DNA from: Eledone cirrhosa | Taxonomy: Eukaryota | Direction of reading: 5' to 3' | DNA: 64,000 bases | Assembly (NCBI GenBank): GCA_964016885.1 | Contig: OZ024745.1 | Coordinates: 97,030,001 to 97,094,000, forward strand | In this document: piece by piece, positions 1-14,300 of the stretch | Layout of the letters: the number at the start of each line of letters is the position of its first letter | Position numbering within the stretch: position 1 is the first letter of the stretch | The notes under the pieces: generated by a model | The model's input: only the letters and a program-made list of their open reading frames with translations | What the model was told of the DNA's origin: nothing | Databases searched by the model: none | Made by a program: the position numbers and the translations under genes

Positions 1-3000
1 TATGCTGGCTATCCTTAACATTTCAAGATACTAAGTTGTGATTTAAGGAGATATGTTGGCTATTTTTACCATTTCAAGATAGTAGGGTGTGATTAAAGGT
101 GATATGCTGGCTATCTTCATCATTTCGAGATACTAGGGTGTGATTTAAGGGGATATGCTGGCTATCTTCATCATTTCGAGATACTAGGGTGTGATTTAAG
201 GAGATATGCTGGCTATCTTTATCATTTCAAGATACTAGGGTGTGATTGAAGGGGAAATGCTGGTTATCTTTATCATCTCAAGATACTAGGGTGTGATTAA
301 AGGTGATATACTGGCTATCTTTATCATTTCAAGATACTAGGGTGTGATATAAGGTGTTAGGCTGGCTATTTTTATCATTTCAAGATACTAGGGTGTGATT
401 TAAGGGTATATGCTGACTATCTTTATAATTTTGAGATACTAGTTTGTGATTTAAGGGGATATGCTGGATATTTTTATCATTTCAAGATACTCGGGTGTGA
501 TTTAATGAGATATGCTGGCTATGTTTCTCATTTCAACATACTAGGGTGTGATTTAAGGAGATATGCTGGCTATCTTTATCATTTCAAGATACTAGGGTGT
601 GATTTAAGGGGATATGCTGGCTATCTTTATCATTTCAAGTTACTAGGGTGTGATTTAAGGGGATATGCTGGCTATCTTTATCATTTTAAGATACTAGGGT
701 GTGATTTAAGGAGATATGCTGGCTATCTTTATCATTTCGAGATACTAGGGTGTGATTAAAGGGTATATGCTGGCCACATTTATCATTTCAAGGTACTAGG
801 GTTTGATTAAAGCGGATATGCTGGCTATCTTTATCATTTCAAGATACTAGTGTGTGACTAAAGGGGATATGCTGGCTATCTTTATCATTTCAAGATACTA
901 GGGTGTGATTTAAGGGGATATGCTGGCTATCTTTATCATTTCGAGATACAAGGGTGTGATTTAAGAGATATGCTGCCTATTTTTATCATTTCGAGATACT
1001 AGGGTGTGATTAAAGGGGTTATGCTGGCTATCTTTTTCATTTCAATATACTAGGGTGTGATTTAAGGAGATATGCTGGCTATCTTTTTCATTTCAAGATA
1101 CTCGGGTGTGATTTAAGGGGTTATGCTGGCTATCTTTATCATTTCAAGATACTAGGGTGTGATTTAAGGAGATATGTTGGCTATTTTTATCATTTCAAGA
1201 TACTATGGTGTGATTTAAGGAGATATACTGCATATTTTTATCATTTCGAGATACTAGGGTGTGATTTAAGGAGATATTGTTGGCAATCTTTACCATTTCA
1301 AGATATTAGGTTGTGATTTAAGGGGTTATGCTGGCTATCTTTATCCTTTCAAGATACTAGGGTGTCATTTAAGGGGATATGCTGGCTATCTTTATCATTT
1401 CAAGATACTAGGGTGTGATTTAAGGGGATATGCTGGCTATCTTTATCATTTCGAGATACAAGGGTGTGATTTAAGAGATATGCTGCCTATTTTTATCATT
1501 TCGAGATACTAGGGTGTGATTAAAGGAGATATGCTGGCTATCCTTATCATTTCAAGATACTAAGTTGTGATTTAAGGGGATATGCTGGCTATCTTTATCA
1601 TTTCAAGATACTAGGGTGTGATTTAAGGGGATATGCTGGCTATCCTTATCATTTCAAGATACTAAGTTGTGATTTAAGGGGATATGCTGGCTATCTTTAT
1701 CATTTCAAGATACTAAGTTGTGATTTAAGGGGATATGCTGGCTATCTTTATCATTTCAAGATACTAGAGCGTGATTTAAGGGGATATGCTGGCTATCCTT
1801 ATCATTTCAAGATACTAAGTTGTGATTTAAGGGGATATGCTGGCTATCTTTATCATTTCAAGATACTAGGGTGTGATTAAAGGTAGAATTGCTGGGTATT
1901 TTTATCATTTCGAGATACTAGGGTGTAATTTAAGGGCATATGCTGGCTATCCTTATCATTTCGAGATACTAGGGTGTGATTTATGGGGATATGCTGGCTA
2001 TCTTTATCATTTCAAGATACAAGGGTGTTATTTAAGGGGTTATGCTGGCTATCCTTATCATTTCAAGATACTAGGGTGTGATTAAAGGGGATATACTGGC
2101 TATCTTTATCATTTCAAGATACTAAGTTGTGATTTAAGGGGATATGCTGGCTATCTATATCATTTCAAGATACTAGGGTGTGATTAAAGGAGAATTGCTG
2201 GGTATTTTTATCATTTCGAGATACTAGGGTGTGATTGAAGGGGATATGCTGGCTATCTTTATCATTTCCAGATACTAGGGTTCGATTTAAGGGGATATGC
2301 TGGCTATCTTTATCATTTCAAGATACTAGGGTGTGATTTAAGGGGATATGCTGGATATCTTTATAATTTCAACATACTAGGGTGTGATTTAAGGGTATAT
2401 GCTGGCTACATTTATCATTTCAAGGTACTAGTGTTTGATTAAAGTGGATATGCTGGCTATCTTTATCATTTCAAGATACTAGTGTGTGACTTAAGGGGAT
2501 ATACTGGCTATCTTTATCATTTCAAGATACTAGGGTGTGATTTAAGGGGATATACTGGCTATCTTTATCATTTCGAGATACTAGGGTGTGATTTAAGGAG
2601 ATATGTAGGATATTTTTATCATTTCAAGATACTAGGGTGTGATTTAAGAAGATATGCTGGCTATCTTTATCATTTCAAGATACTAGGGTGTGATTTAAGA
2701 AGATATGCTGGCTATCTTTATTATTTCAAGATACTAGGGTGTGATTGAAGGGGACATGCTGGTTATCTTTATCATTTTGAGATACTAGGGTGTGATTTAA
2801 GGAGATATGCTGGCTATCTTTATCATTTTGAGATACTAGGGTGTGATTTAAGGAGATATGCTGGCTATCTTTATCATCTCAAGATACTAGGGTGTGATTA
2901 AAGGTGATATGCTGGTTATCTTTATCATTTCAAGATACTAGGGTATGATTTTAGGGGATATGCTGGCTATCTTTATCATTTCAAAATACTAGGGTGTGAT

Positions 3001-6000
3001 TTAAGGGGATATGCTGGCTATCGTTATCATTTCGAGATACTAGGGTGTGATTTAAGGAGATATGTATGATATTTTTAACATTTCAAGATACCAGGGTGTG
3101 ATTTAAGGAGATATGCTGGCTATCTTTATCATTTCAAGATACTAGGGTGTGATTTAAGAAGATATGCTGGCTATCTTTATTATTTCAAGATACTAGGGTG
3201 TGATTTAAAGAGATATGCTGGCTACTTTTATCATTTCAAGATACTAGGGTGTGATTTAAGGAGATATGCTGGCTATCTTTATCATTTCAAGATACTAGGG
3301 TGTTATTTAAGGGGTTATGCTGGCTATCTTTATCATTTCAAGGTACTAGGGCGTGATTTATGGGGATATGCTGGCTATCTTTATCATTTCAAGATACTAG
3401 GGTGTTATTTAAGGGGTTATGCTGGCTATCTTTATCATTTCAAGATACTAGGGTGTGATTTATGGGGATATGCTGGCTATCTTTATCATTTCGAGATACT
3501 AGGGTGGGATTTAAGGGGTTATGCTGGCTATCTTTATCATTTCAAGATACTAGTGTGTGATTTAAGGAGATATGCAGGATATTTTGATCATTTCAAGATA
3601 CTAGGGTGTGATTTAAGTAGATATGCTGGCTATCTTTATCATTTCAAGATACTAGAGCATGATTTAAGGGGATATGCTGGCTATCCTTATCATTTCAATA
3701 TACTAAGTTCTGATTTAAGGGGATATGCTGGCTATCTTTATCATTTCAAGATACTAGGGTGTGATTAAAGGAGAATTGCTGGGTATTTTTATCATTTCGA
3801 GATACTAGGGTGTGATTTAAGGGGATATGCTGGCTATCTTTATCATTTCAAGATACTAGGGTGTGATTTAAGGGGATATGCTCGCTATTTTTATCATTTC
3901 GAGATACTAGGGTGTGATTTAAGGAGATATGCTGGCTATCGTTATCATTTCGAGATACTAGGGTGTGATTTAAGGAGATATGTAGGATATTTTTATCATT
4001 TCAAGATACTAGGGTGTGATTTAAGGGGATATGCTGGCTATCTTTATCATTTCAAGATACTATGGTGTGATTTAAGAAGATATGCTGGCTACCTTTTTCA
4101 TTTCAAGATACTAGGGTGTGATTTAATTAGATATGCTGGCTATCTTTATCATTTCAAGATACTAGGGTGTGATTAAAGTTATATGCTGGCTATCTTTATC
4201 ATTTCAAGATACTAGGGTGTTATTTAAGGGGTTATGCTGGCTATTTTTATCATTTCAAGATACTAGAGTGTGATTTAAGGGGATATGCTGATTATCTTTA
4301 TGATTTCGAGATACTAGGGTGTGATTTAAGGAAATATGTTGACTATCTTTATCATTTCAAGATACTAGGGTGTGATTTAAGGAGAATTGCTGGGTATCTT
4401 TATCATTTTGAGATACTAGGGTGTGATTTAAGGGGTTATGCTGGCTATCTTTATCATTTCAAGATACTAGGGTGTGATTGAAGGGGATATGCAGGATATT
4501 TTTATCATTTCAAGATACTAGGGTGTGATTTAAGTAGATATGCTGGCTATCTTTCTAATTTCAAGATACTAGGGTGTGATTGAAGGGGATATGCTGGTTA
4601 TCTTTATCATTTCAAGATACTAGGGTGTGATTTAAGGTGTTATACTGGATATCTTTATCATTTCAAGATACTAGCGTGCGATTTAAGGAGATATGCTGGC
4701 TATCTTTATCATTTCAAGATACTAGAGCGTGATTTAAGGGGATATGCTGGCTATCCTTATCATTTCAAGATACTAATTTGTGATTTAAGGGGATATGCTG
4801 GCTATCTATATCATTTCAAGATACTAGGGTGTGATTAAAGGAGAATTGCTGGGTATTTTTATCATTTCGAGATACTAGGGTGTGATTTAAGGGGATATGC
4901 TGGCTATCTTTATCATTTCAAGATACTAGGGTGTGATTTAAGGGGAAATGCTCGCTATTTTTATCATTTCGAGATACTAGGGTGTGATTTAAGGAGATAT
5001 GCTGGCTATCCTTACATTTCGAGAAACTAGGGTGTGTTTTAAGGAGATATGCTGGCTATCTTTATTATTTCGATATACTAGGGTGTGATTTAAGGAGATA
5101 TGCTGGCTATCTTTATCATTTCGAGATACTAGGGTGTGATTTAAGGAGATATGCTGGCTATCTTTATCATTTCAAGATACTAGGGTGTGATTTAAGGAGA
5201 TATGCTGGCTATCTTTATCATTTCAAGATACTAGGGTGTGATTTAAGTAGTTATGCTAGCTATCTTTTTCATTTCAAGATACTAGGGCGTGATTTATGGG
5301 GATATGCTGGCTATCTTTATCATTTCAAGATACTAGGGTGTTATTTAAGGGGTTATGCTGGCTATCTTTATCATTTCAAGATACTAGGGTGTGATTTATG
5401 GGGATATGCTGGCTATCTTTATCATTTCGAGATACTAGGGTGGGATTTAAGGGGTTATGCTGGCTATCTTTATCATTTCAAGATACTAGTGTGTGATTTA
5501 AGGAGATATGCAGGATATTTTTATCATTTCAAGATACTAGGGTGTGATTTAAGTAGATATGCTGGCTATCTTTATCATTTCAAGATACTAGAGCATGATT
5601 TAAGGGGATATGCTGGCTATCCTTATCATTTCAAGATACTAAGTTGTGATTTAAGGGGATATGCTGGCTATCTATATCATTTCAAGATACTAGGGTGTGA
5701 TTAAAGGAGAATTGCTGGGTATTTTAATCATTTCGAGATACTAGGGTGTGATTTAAGGGGATATGCTGGCTATCTTTATCATTTCAAGATACTAGGGTGT
5801 GATTTAAGGGGATATGCTCGCTATTTTTATCATTTCGAGATACTAGGGTGTGATTTAAGGAGATATGCTGGCTATCCTTACATTTCGAGAAACTAGGGTG
5901 TGTTTTAAGGAGATATGCTGGCTATCTTTATTATTTCAATATACTAGGGTGTGATTTAAGGGTATATGCTGGCTGTCTTTATCATTTCAAGATACTATGG

Positions 6001-9000
6001 TGTGATTTAAGAAGATATGCTGGCTATCTTTTTCATTTCAAGATACTAGGGTGTGATTGAAGGAGATATGCTGCATATTTTTATCATTTCGAGATACTAG
6101 GGTGTGATTTAAGGAGATATGCTGGCTATCGTTATCATTTCGAGATACTAGGGTGTGATTTAAGGAGATATGTAGGATATTTTTATCATTTCAAGATACT
6201 AGGGTGTGATTTAAGGACATATGCTGGCTATCTTTATCATTTCAAGATACTAGGGTGCGATTTAAGGAGATATGCTGGCTATCTTTATCATTTCGAGATA
6301 CTAGGGTGTGATTTAAGGAGATATGTTGACTATCTTTATTATTTCAAGATACTAGGGTGTGATTTAAGGAGATATGCTGGCTATCTTTATCATTTCAAGA
6401 TACTAGGGTGTGATTTAAGGGGATATGCTGGCTATCTTTATCATTTCAAGATACTATGGTGTGATTTAAGAAGATATGCTGACTACCTTTTTCATTTCAA
6501 GATACTAGGGTGTGATTTAATTAGATATGCTGGCTATCTTTATCATTTCAAGATACTACGGTGTGATTTAATTAGATATGCTGGCTATCTTTATCATTTC
6601 AAGATACTAGGGTGTGATTAAAGTTATATGCTGGCTATCTTTATCATTTCAAGATACTAGGGGGTTATTTAAGGGGTTATGCTGGCTATTTTTATCATTT
6701 CAAGATACTAGAGTGTGATTTAAGGGGATATGCTGACTATCTTTATGATTTCGAGATACTAGGGTGTGATTTAAGGAGATATGTTGACTATCTTTATCAT
6801 TTCAAGATACTAGGGTGTGATTTAAGGAGAATTGCTGGGTATCTTTATCATTTTGAGATACTAGGGTGTGATTTAAGGGGTTATGCTGGCTATCTTTATC
6901 ATTTCAAGATACTAGGGTGTGATTGAAGGGGATATGCAGGATATTTTTATCATTTCAAGATACTAGGGTGTGATTTAAGTAGATATGCTGGCTATCTTTC
7001 TAATTTCAAGATACTAGGGTGTGATTGAAGGGGATATGCTGGTTATCTTTATCATTTCAAGATACTAGGGTGTGCTAAGGTGTTATACTGGATATCTTTA
7101 TCATTTCAAGATACTAGCGTGTGATTTAAGGAGATATACTGGCTATCTTTATCATTTCAAGATACTAGAGCGTGATTTAAGGGGATATGCTGGCTATCCT
7201 TATCATTTCAAGATACTAAGTTGTGATTTAAGGGGATATGCTGGCTATCTATATCATTTCAAGATACTAGGGCATGATTAAAGGAGAATTGCTGGGTATT
7301 TTTATCATTTCGAGATACTAGGGTGTGATTTAAGGGGATATGCTGGCTATCTTTATCATTTCAAGATACTAGGGTGTGATTTAAGGGGATATGCTCGCTA
7401 TTTTTATCATTTCGAGATACTAGGGTGTGATTTAAGGAGATATGCTGGCTATCCTTACATTTCGAGAAACTAGGGTGTGTTTTAAGGAGATATGCTGGCT
7501 ATCTTTATTATTTCGAGATACTAGGGTGTGATTTAAGGAGATATGCTGGCTATCTTTATCATTTCGAGATACTAGGGTGTGATTTAAGGAGATATGCTGG
7601 CTATCTTTATCATTTCAAGATACTAGGGTGTGATTTAAGGAGATATGCTGGCTATCTTTATCATTTCAAGATACTAGGGTGTGATTTAAGTAGTTATGCT
7701 GGCTATCTTTTTCATTTCAAGATACTAGGGTGTGATTTAATTAGATATGCTGGCTATCTTTATCATTTCAAGATATTAGGGTGTGATTGAAGGAGATTTG
7801 CTGCATATTTTTATCATTTCGAGATACTAGGGTGTGATTTAAGAAGATATGCTGGATATCTTTATTATTTCAAGATACTTGGGTGTGATTTAAGGAGATA
7901 TGCTGGCTATCTTTATCATCTCAAGATACTAGGGTATGATTTAAGGGGATATGCCGGCTATCTTTATCATTTCAAGATACTATGGTGTGATTTAAGAAGA
8001 TATGCTGGCTACCTTTTTCATTTCAAGATACTAGGGTGTGATTTAATTAGATATCCTGGCTATCTTTATCATTTCAATATACTAGGGTGTGATTGAAGGA
8101 GGTATGCTGGCTATCTTTATCATTTCAAGATACTAGGGTGTGATTGAAGGAGATATGTTGGCTATCTTTACCATTTCAAAATACTAGGGTGTGATTTAAG
8201 GAGATATGCTGGCTATCTTTATCATCTCAAGATACTAGGGTGTGATTTAAGGGGTTATACTGGATATCTTTATCATTTCAAGTTACTAGGGTGTGATTGA
8301 AGGGGATATGCTGGTTATCTTTATCATTTTGAGATACTAGTGTGTGATTTAAGGAGATATGCTGGCTATCTTTATCATCTCAAGATACTAGGGTGTGATT
8401 TAAGAGGTTATGCTGGCTATCTTTATCATTTCAAGATACTAGGGTGTGATTTAAGGGGATATGCTGGCTATCTTTATCATTTTGAGATACTAGGGTGTGA
8501 TTTAAGGAGATATGTAGGATATTTTTATCATTTCAATATACTAGGGTGTGATTTAAGGAGATATGCTGGCTATCTTTATCATTTCAAGATACTAGGGTGT
8601 GATTTAAGAAGATATGCTGGCTATCTTTATTATTTCAAGATACTAGGGTGTGATTGAAGGGGATATGCTGGTTATCTTTATCATTTTGAGATACTAGGGT
8701 GTGATTTAATGAGATATGCTGGCTATCTTTATCATCTCAAGATACTAGGGTGTGATTAAAGGTGATATGCTGGCTATCTTTATCATTTCAAGATACTAGG
8801 GTGTTATTTAAGGGGTTATGCTGGCTATTTTTATCATTTCAAGATACTAGGGTGTGATTTAAGGGGATATGCTGACTATCTTTACCATTTCAAGATACTA
8901 GGGTGTGATTTAAGGAGATATGCTGGCTATCTTTATGATTTCGAGATACTAGGGTGCGATTTAAGGAGATATGCTGGCTCTCTTTATCATTTCAAGATAC

Positions 9001-9377
9001 TAGGGTGTGATTTAAGGAGATATGCTGGCTATCTTTATCATTTCAAGATACTAGGGTGTGATTTAAGTAGTTATGCTGGCTATCTTTATCATTTCAAGAT
9101 ACTAGGGTGTGATTGAATGGGATATGCTGGTTATCTTTATCATTTCAAGATACTAGGGTGTGATTTAAGGTGTTATACTGGCTGTCTTTATTATTTTGAG
9201 ATACTAGGGTGTGATATAAGAAGATATGCTGGCTATCTTTATCATCTCAAGATACTAGGGTGTGATTAAAGGTGATATGCTGGCTATCTTTATCATTTCA
9301 AGATACTAGGGTGTGATATAAGGTGTTAGGCTGGCTATTTTTATCATTTCAAGATACTAGGGTGTGATTTAAGGGTA
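1..9377. repeat. 51-bp tandem satellite array, left segment (continues off the window's left edge)
   Basis: Head-to-tail copies of GATATGCTGGCTATCTTTATCATTTCAAGATACTAGGGTGTGATTTAAGG(A/G) with a few substitutions and 1-2 bp indels per monomer; no unique spacers. Confidence 0.99.
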
Positions 9378-9639
9378 TGTAGCGGTTGTCTCCCTTGTTT
9401 TGATTAGGATCTATAGGGAAGTAGAACCCTTTCTTCAACTTCCGGTCAGAACCCTATGAAACTAACAACTTTAAGCTCTCATTCTCTTATTGCCTTTTCG
9501 GCACCAGGTCAAGAGCCTCTCATTTGGCTCTGCCATTCATTTGGCCAACAGGCTCCTGGCCTTAGCCAGGCGTCCTCTGCCAGCCGCGTTTGCCTGGCAA
9601 TCACTTGTTACATTCATGCAACCCAGTATTTCCGCTATA
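9378..9639 (+). repeat. 5' LTR of the non-autonomous element (262 bp; lacks a 107-bp segment present in the 3' LTR)
   Basis: Aligns to 10945-11314 except for 11172-11278 and a few substitutions. Confidence 0.93.
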
Positions 9640-9640
9640 T

Positions 9641-9672
9641 TGGTAACCCTGACGTGATACGAACACGCAGCC
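9641..9672 (+). promoter_or_regulatory. Primer-binding site complementary to tRNA-Trp, extended to about 32 nt
   Basis: TGGTAACCCTGACGTGATACGAACACGCAGCC vs reverse complement of the metazoan tRNA-Trp 3' end TGGTGACCCCGACGTGATT(C/T)GAACACGCAACC (recalled consensus). Confidence 0.88.
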
Positions 9673-10932
9673 ATTCATCGCTATAAGTGGTCACCCCAAA
9701 AAAAGAAAAAAATAGCACATCTGGTTTTGTGTGAGTAACATTACGAATACACAGCAAATTTATCGACAAACTATGAAAATACTCAAGGACACGCACACAC
9801 GCACATGTGGAATTCGCACAGACAGACTTTTTCTCTCACGCATCAACTAACTGTCGCATTTCACCAATATATATATATGTTTCTCGTTTCTTACAACGAA
9901 CTCTTTCAAAACAAAAAAAAAAAAAGAAATTTGATATTCTTTAAGAAACATTTCAACAGGAACATTTATTTTCGATGAACCATTGCCTTTTTGTTCATCG
10001 TTTTCTTCATCGTTCAAGTTTTTTTTTTACCAAAGTTCACACCAATAATTATGCTGAGTGAAGCCTTTCTTTTTCATCATTGTCACTTTCAAAATTGCAC
10101 TATCATTTTCTCGCGCATTAGAAATATTATTTTTTTCAACCTTGTATTGGCACGTGTAGGCAGCACAAATTCTCGATTCACAGAGATGTCTCTACTCACA
10201 GACATAGCCGCAGGCCAGAGATAACATTTCTCGCCAAGGATTCTTCAGCCTTAAGCCATATTCTTCTATTTGCCGGTTTATAAATTTACAATGTAAATTT
10301 ACCGTTGATAACCGCGCATTTATTGGGAATGCTTATTTCTCTGGTCGCTGGCCTCTTGACCCTTCCAGGTCAACGCATTCTCAACATCGACCATCAACTT
10401 CGGCTGCTATTTCTAGCACTTTGCGCAACTCATTTTTTTTAAAAAAAATTTTTTTTTTTTTAACTGTGAATTTAAACACCGAATACGCTCACTCAGCGAG
10501 ACAACAGCAACAGCAACAGCAATACATCAACACAGCTTCACCAACAACCAAAGCCAGAGAATTTATTTTCGCAGCACTCTTCCTGTGAGAAAATCCATTC
10601 GGAGGTTGGAAATTTCACGATATACCACAGAACAGAGACCACCTGCATTCATTCTCTGGAACACACTTTCTTTCCTGCTGTCAAGTGATTGCACACCTGT
10701 GAACTATATTTTGTACCTTTGAACTTTGAGCTCTTCTCTTACTTTATTACATTGTATCTTTGGGTGATGGATAGATAGATGTCCAGTCGTTCTCTGGCCA
10801 AGAGCGGTTGGCTACCTTGATATCTATCATTGATTTTTGCAAACATTCTTTTGTCGTAGTTTTCATGCCTGTTACAACATTCTCGCCAACTTGCTACATA
10901 TTTTCATTTTGATTTTTATACACTAAAATTCT

Positions 10933-10944
10933 GGCGGGAGGTTA
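10933..10944 (+). promoter_or_regulatory. Polypurine tract of the non-autonomous element
   Basis: GGCGGGAGGTTA immediately 5' of the 3' LTR. Confidence 0.75.
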
Positions 10945-11314
10945 TGTAGCGGTTGTCTCCCTTGTTTTGATTAGGATCTAGACGGGAAGTAGAACCCTTT
11001 CTGCAACTTCCGGTCAGAACCCTATAAAACTAACAACTTTAAGCTCTCATTCTCTCATTGCCTTTTCGGCACCAGGTCAAGAGCCTCTCATTTGGCTCTG
11101 CCATTCATTTGGCCAACAGGCGCCTGGCCTTAGCCAGGCGTCCTCTGCCAGCCGCGTTTGCCTGGCAATCAAAACGGTAACTACTAACTTTGCTTCATTC
11201 TATCATCCTCATCTTTGACATGTCAACTATACTATCTATCATTGTTAATTAAATATTATACAAACAAACAATGTATTCCTTGTTACATTCATACAACCCA
11301 GTATCTTCGCTATA
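10945..11314 (+). repeat. 3' LTR of the non-autonomous element (370 bp)
   Basis: Starts TGTAGCGG after the PPT and ends CGCTATA; contains TATAAAA (about 11023) and ATTAAA (about 11248). Confidence 0.93.
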
Positions 11315-14300
11315 GGTATATGCTGACTATCTTTATCATTTTGAGATACTAGGTTGTGATTTAAGGGGATATGCTGGATATTTTTATCATTTCAAGATAC
11401 TAGGGTGTGATTTAATGAGATATGCTGGCTATGTTTCTCATTTCAAGATACTAGGGTGTGATTTAAGGAGATATGCTGGCTATCTTTATCATTTCAAGAT
11501 ACTAGGGTGTGATTTAAAGAGATATGCTGGCTATCTTTATCATTTCAAGTTACTAGGGTGTGATTTAAGGGGATATGCTGGCTATCTTTATCATTCTAAG
11601 ATACTAGGGTGTGATTTAAGGGGATATGCTGGCTATCTTTATGATTTCAAGATACTAGGGTGTGATTTAAGGGTATATGCTGGCTACATTTATCATTTCA
11701 AGGTACTAGGGTTTGATTAAAGTGGATATGCTGGCTATCTTTATCATTTCAAGATACTAGTGTGTGACTAAAGGGGATATGCTGGCAATCTTTATCATTT
11801 CAAGATACTAGGGTGTAATTTAAGAGGATATGCTGGCTATCTTTATCATTTCGAGATACTAGGGTGTGATTTAAGAGATATGCTGCCTATTTTTATCATT
11901 TCGAGATACTAGGGTGTGATTTAAGGACATATGTTGGCTATCTTTTTCTTTTCAAGATACTATGGTGTGATTTAAGGAGATATGTTGGCTATCTTTATCA
12001 TTTCAAGATACTAGGGTGTAATTTAAGGTGATATGCTGGCTATCTTTATCATTTCAAGAAACTAGGGTGTGATTTAAGGAGATATGCTGGCTATCTTTAT
12101 CATTTCAAGATACTATGGTGTGATTTAAGGAGATATGTTGGCTATCTTTATCATTTCAAGATACTATGGTGTGATTTAAGGAGATATGCTGGCTATCTTT
12201 ATCATTTCAAGATACTAGGGTGTGATTTATGGGGATATGCTGGCTTTCTTTATCATTTCGAGATACTAAGATGTGATTTAAGGTGTTATACTAGCCATCT
12301 TTATCATTTCAAGACACTAGTGTGTCATTTAAGGAGATATGCAGGATATTTTTATCATTTCAAGATACTAGGGTGTGATTGAAGGGGATATGATGGTTAT
12401 CTTTATCATTTCAAGACACTAGTGTGTCATTTAAGGGGATATGCTGGCTATCTTTATCATTTCAAGATACTAGGGTGTGATTTAAGGTGTTATACTGGCT
12501 ATCTTTATCATTTCAAGATACTAGGGTGTGATTAAAGGAGAATTGCTGGGTATTTTTATCATTTCGAGATACTAGGGTGTGATTTAAGCCATATGCTGGC
12601 TATCTTTATCATTTCAAGATACCGGGGTGTGATTTAAGGGGATATTGGCAATCTTTATCATTTCAAGATACTAGGGTGTGATTAAAGGAGAATTGCTGGG
12701 TATTTTTATCATTTCAAGATACTAGGGTGTGATTTAAGCCATATGCTGGCTATCTTTATCATTTGAAGATACCGGGGTGTGATTTAAGGGGATATTGGCA
12801 ATCTTTATCATTTCAAGATACTAGGGTGGGATTTCAGGGGATATGTTGGCTATCTTTATCATTTCGAGATACTAGGGTGTGATTTAAAGAGATATGCTGG
12901 CTACTTTTATCATTTAGAGATACTAGGGTGTGATTTAAGGGGATATGCTGGCTATCTTTATCATTTCAAGATACTAGGGTGTGATTGAAGGGGATATGCT
13001 GGTTATCTTTATCATTTCAAGATACTAGGGTGTGATTTAAGGTGTTATAATGGCTATCTTTATGATTTTGAGATACTAGGGTGTGATATAAGAAGAGATG
13101 CTGGCTATCTTTATCATCTCAAGATACTAGGGTGTGATATAAGGTGTTAGGCTGGCTATTTTTATCATTTCAAGATACTAGGGTGTGATTAAAGGGAATA
13201 TGCTGGCTATCTTTATCATTTTAAGATATTAGGGTGTGATTTAAGGAGATATAATAACAATGAAATTATTGTGTAACGCTGGCTATCTTTATCATTTCAA
13301 GATACTAGGGTATGATTTAAGCTATATGCTGGCTATCTTTATCATTTCAAGATACTAGGGTGTGATTTAAGGGGATATGCTGGCTATCTTTAACATTTCA
13401 ATATACTAGGGTGTGATTTAATAAGATATGCTGGCTATCTTTACATTTCGAGATACTAGGGTGTGATTTAAGGAGATATGCCGGCTATCTTTATCATTTC
13501 AGGATACTAGGGTGTGATTTAAGGGGATATGCTGGCTATCTTTATCATTTCGAGATATTAGGGTATGATTTAAGGAGATATGCTGGCTATCTTTATCATT
13601 TCAGGATACTAGGGTGTGATTTAAGGAGATATGGTGGCTATTTTTATCATTTCAGAATACTAGGGTGTGATTTAAGGGGGTATGCTGGATATCTTTATCA
13701 TTTCAAGATACTAGGATGTGATTTAAGGCGATATGCTGGCTATCTTTATCATTTCAAGATACTAAGGTGTTATTTAAGGGAATATGTTCGCTATCTTTAT
13801 CATTTCAATATACTAGTGTATGATTAAAGGGGATATGCTGGCTAACTTTATCATTTCAAGATACTAGCGTGTGATTTAAGGAGATATGCCGGCTATCTTT
13901 ACATTTCGAGATACTAGGGTGTGATTTAAGAACATATGCTGGCTATCTTTATCATTTCAAGATACTAGGGTGTGATTTAAGGGGATTTTGGCTATCTTTA
14001 TCATTTCAAGATACTGAGTTGTGATTTAAGGAGATATGCTGACTATCTTTATCATTTCAATATACTAGTGTATGATTAAAGGGGATATGCTGGCTATCTT
14101 TATCATTTCAAGATACTAGGGTGTGATTTAAGGGGATTTTGGCTATCTTTATCATTTCAAGATACTAGGGTGTGATTTAAGGGGAAATGCTGGCTATCTT
14201 TATCATTTCGAGATACTAGGGTGTGATATATGGAGATATGCTGGCTATCTTTATCATTTCAAGATACTAGGGTGTGATTTAAGGAGATATGCTGGCTACT

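Larger units (their letters stand above)
9378..11314 (+). mobile_element. Non-autonomous LTR retrotransposon (TRIM/LARD-like, Gypsy-type signals), 1937 bp
   Basis: Direct terminal repeats TGTAGCGG...CGCTATA; 4-bp TSD GGTA (9374-9377, 11315-11318); tRNA-Trp PBS after the 5' LTR; purine tract before the 3' LTR; 1.3-kb interior without a recognisable gag/pol ORF. Confidence 0.93.

Noticed and set aside
9641-9672. Functional tRNA-Trp gene on the minus strand
   Set aside because: Only the 3' 32 nt are present and include the post-transcriptional CCA, so this is a reverse-transcribed copy or PBS.
9456-10224. Short ORFs inside the non-autonomous LTR element
   Set aside because: One lies in the LTR/PBS, the other is low-complexity and T-rich; no gag/pol motifs.
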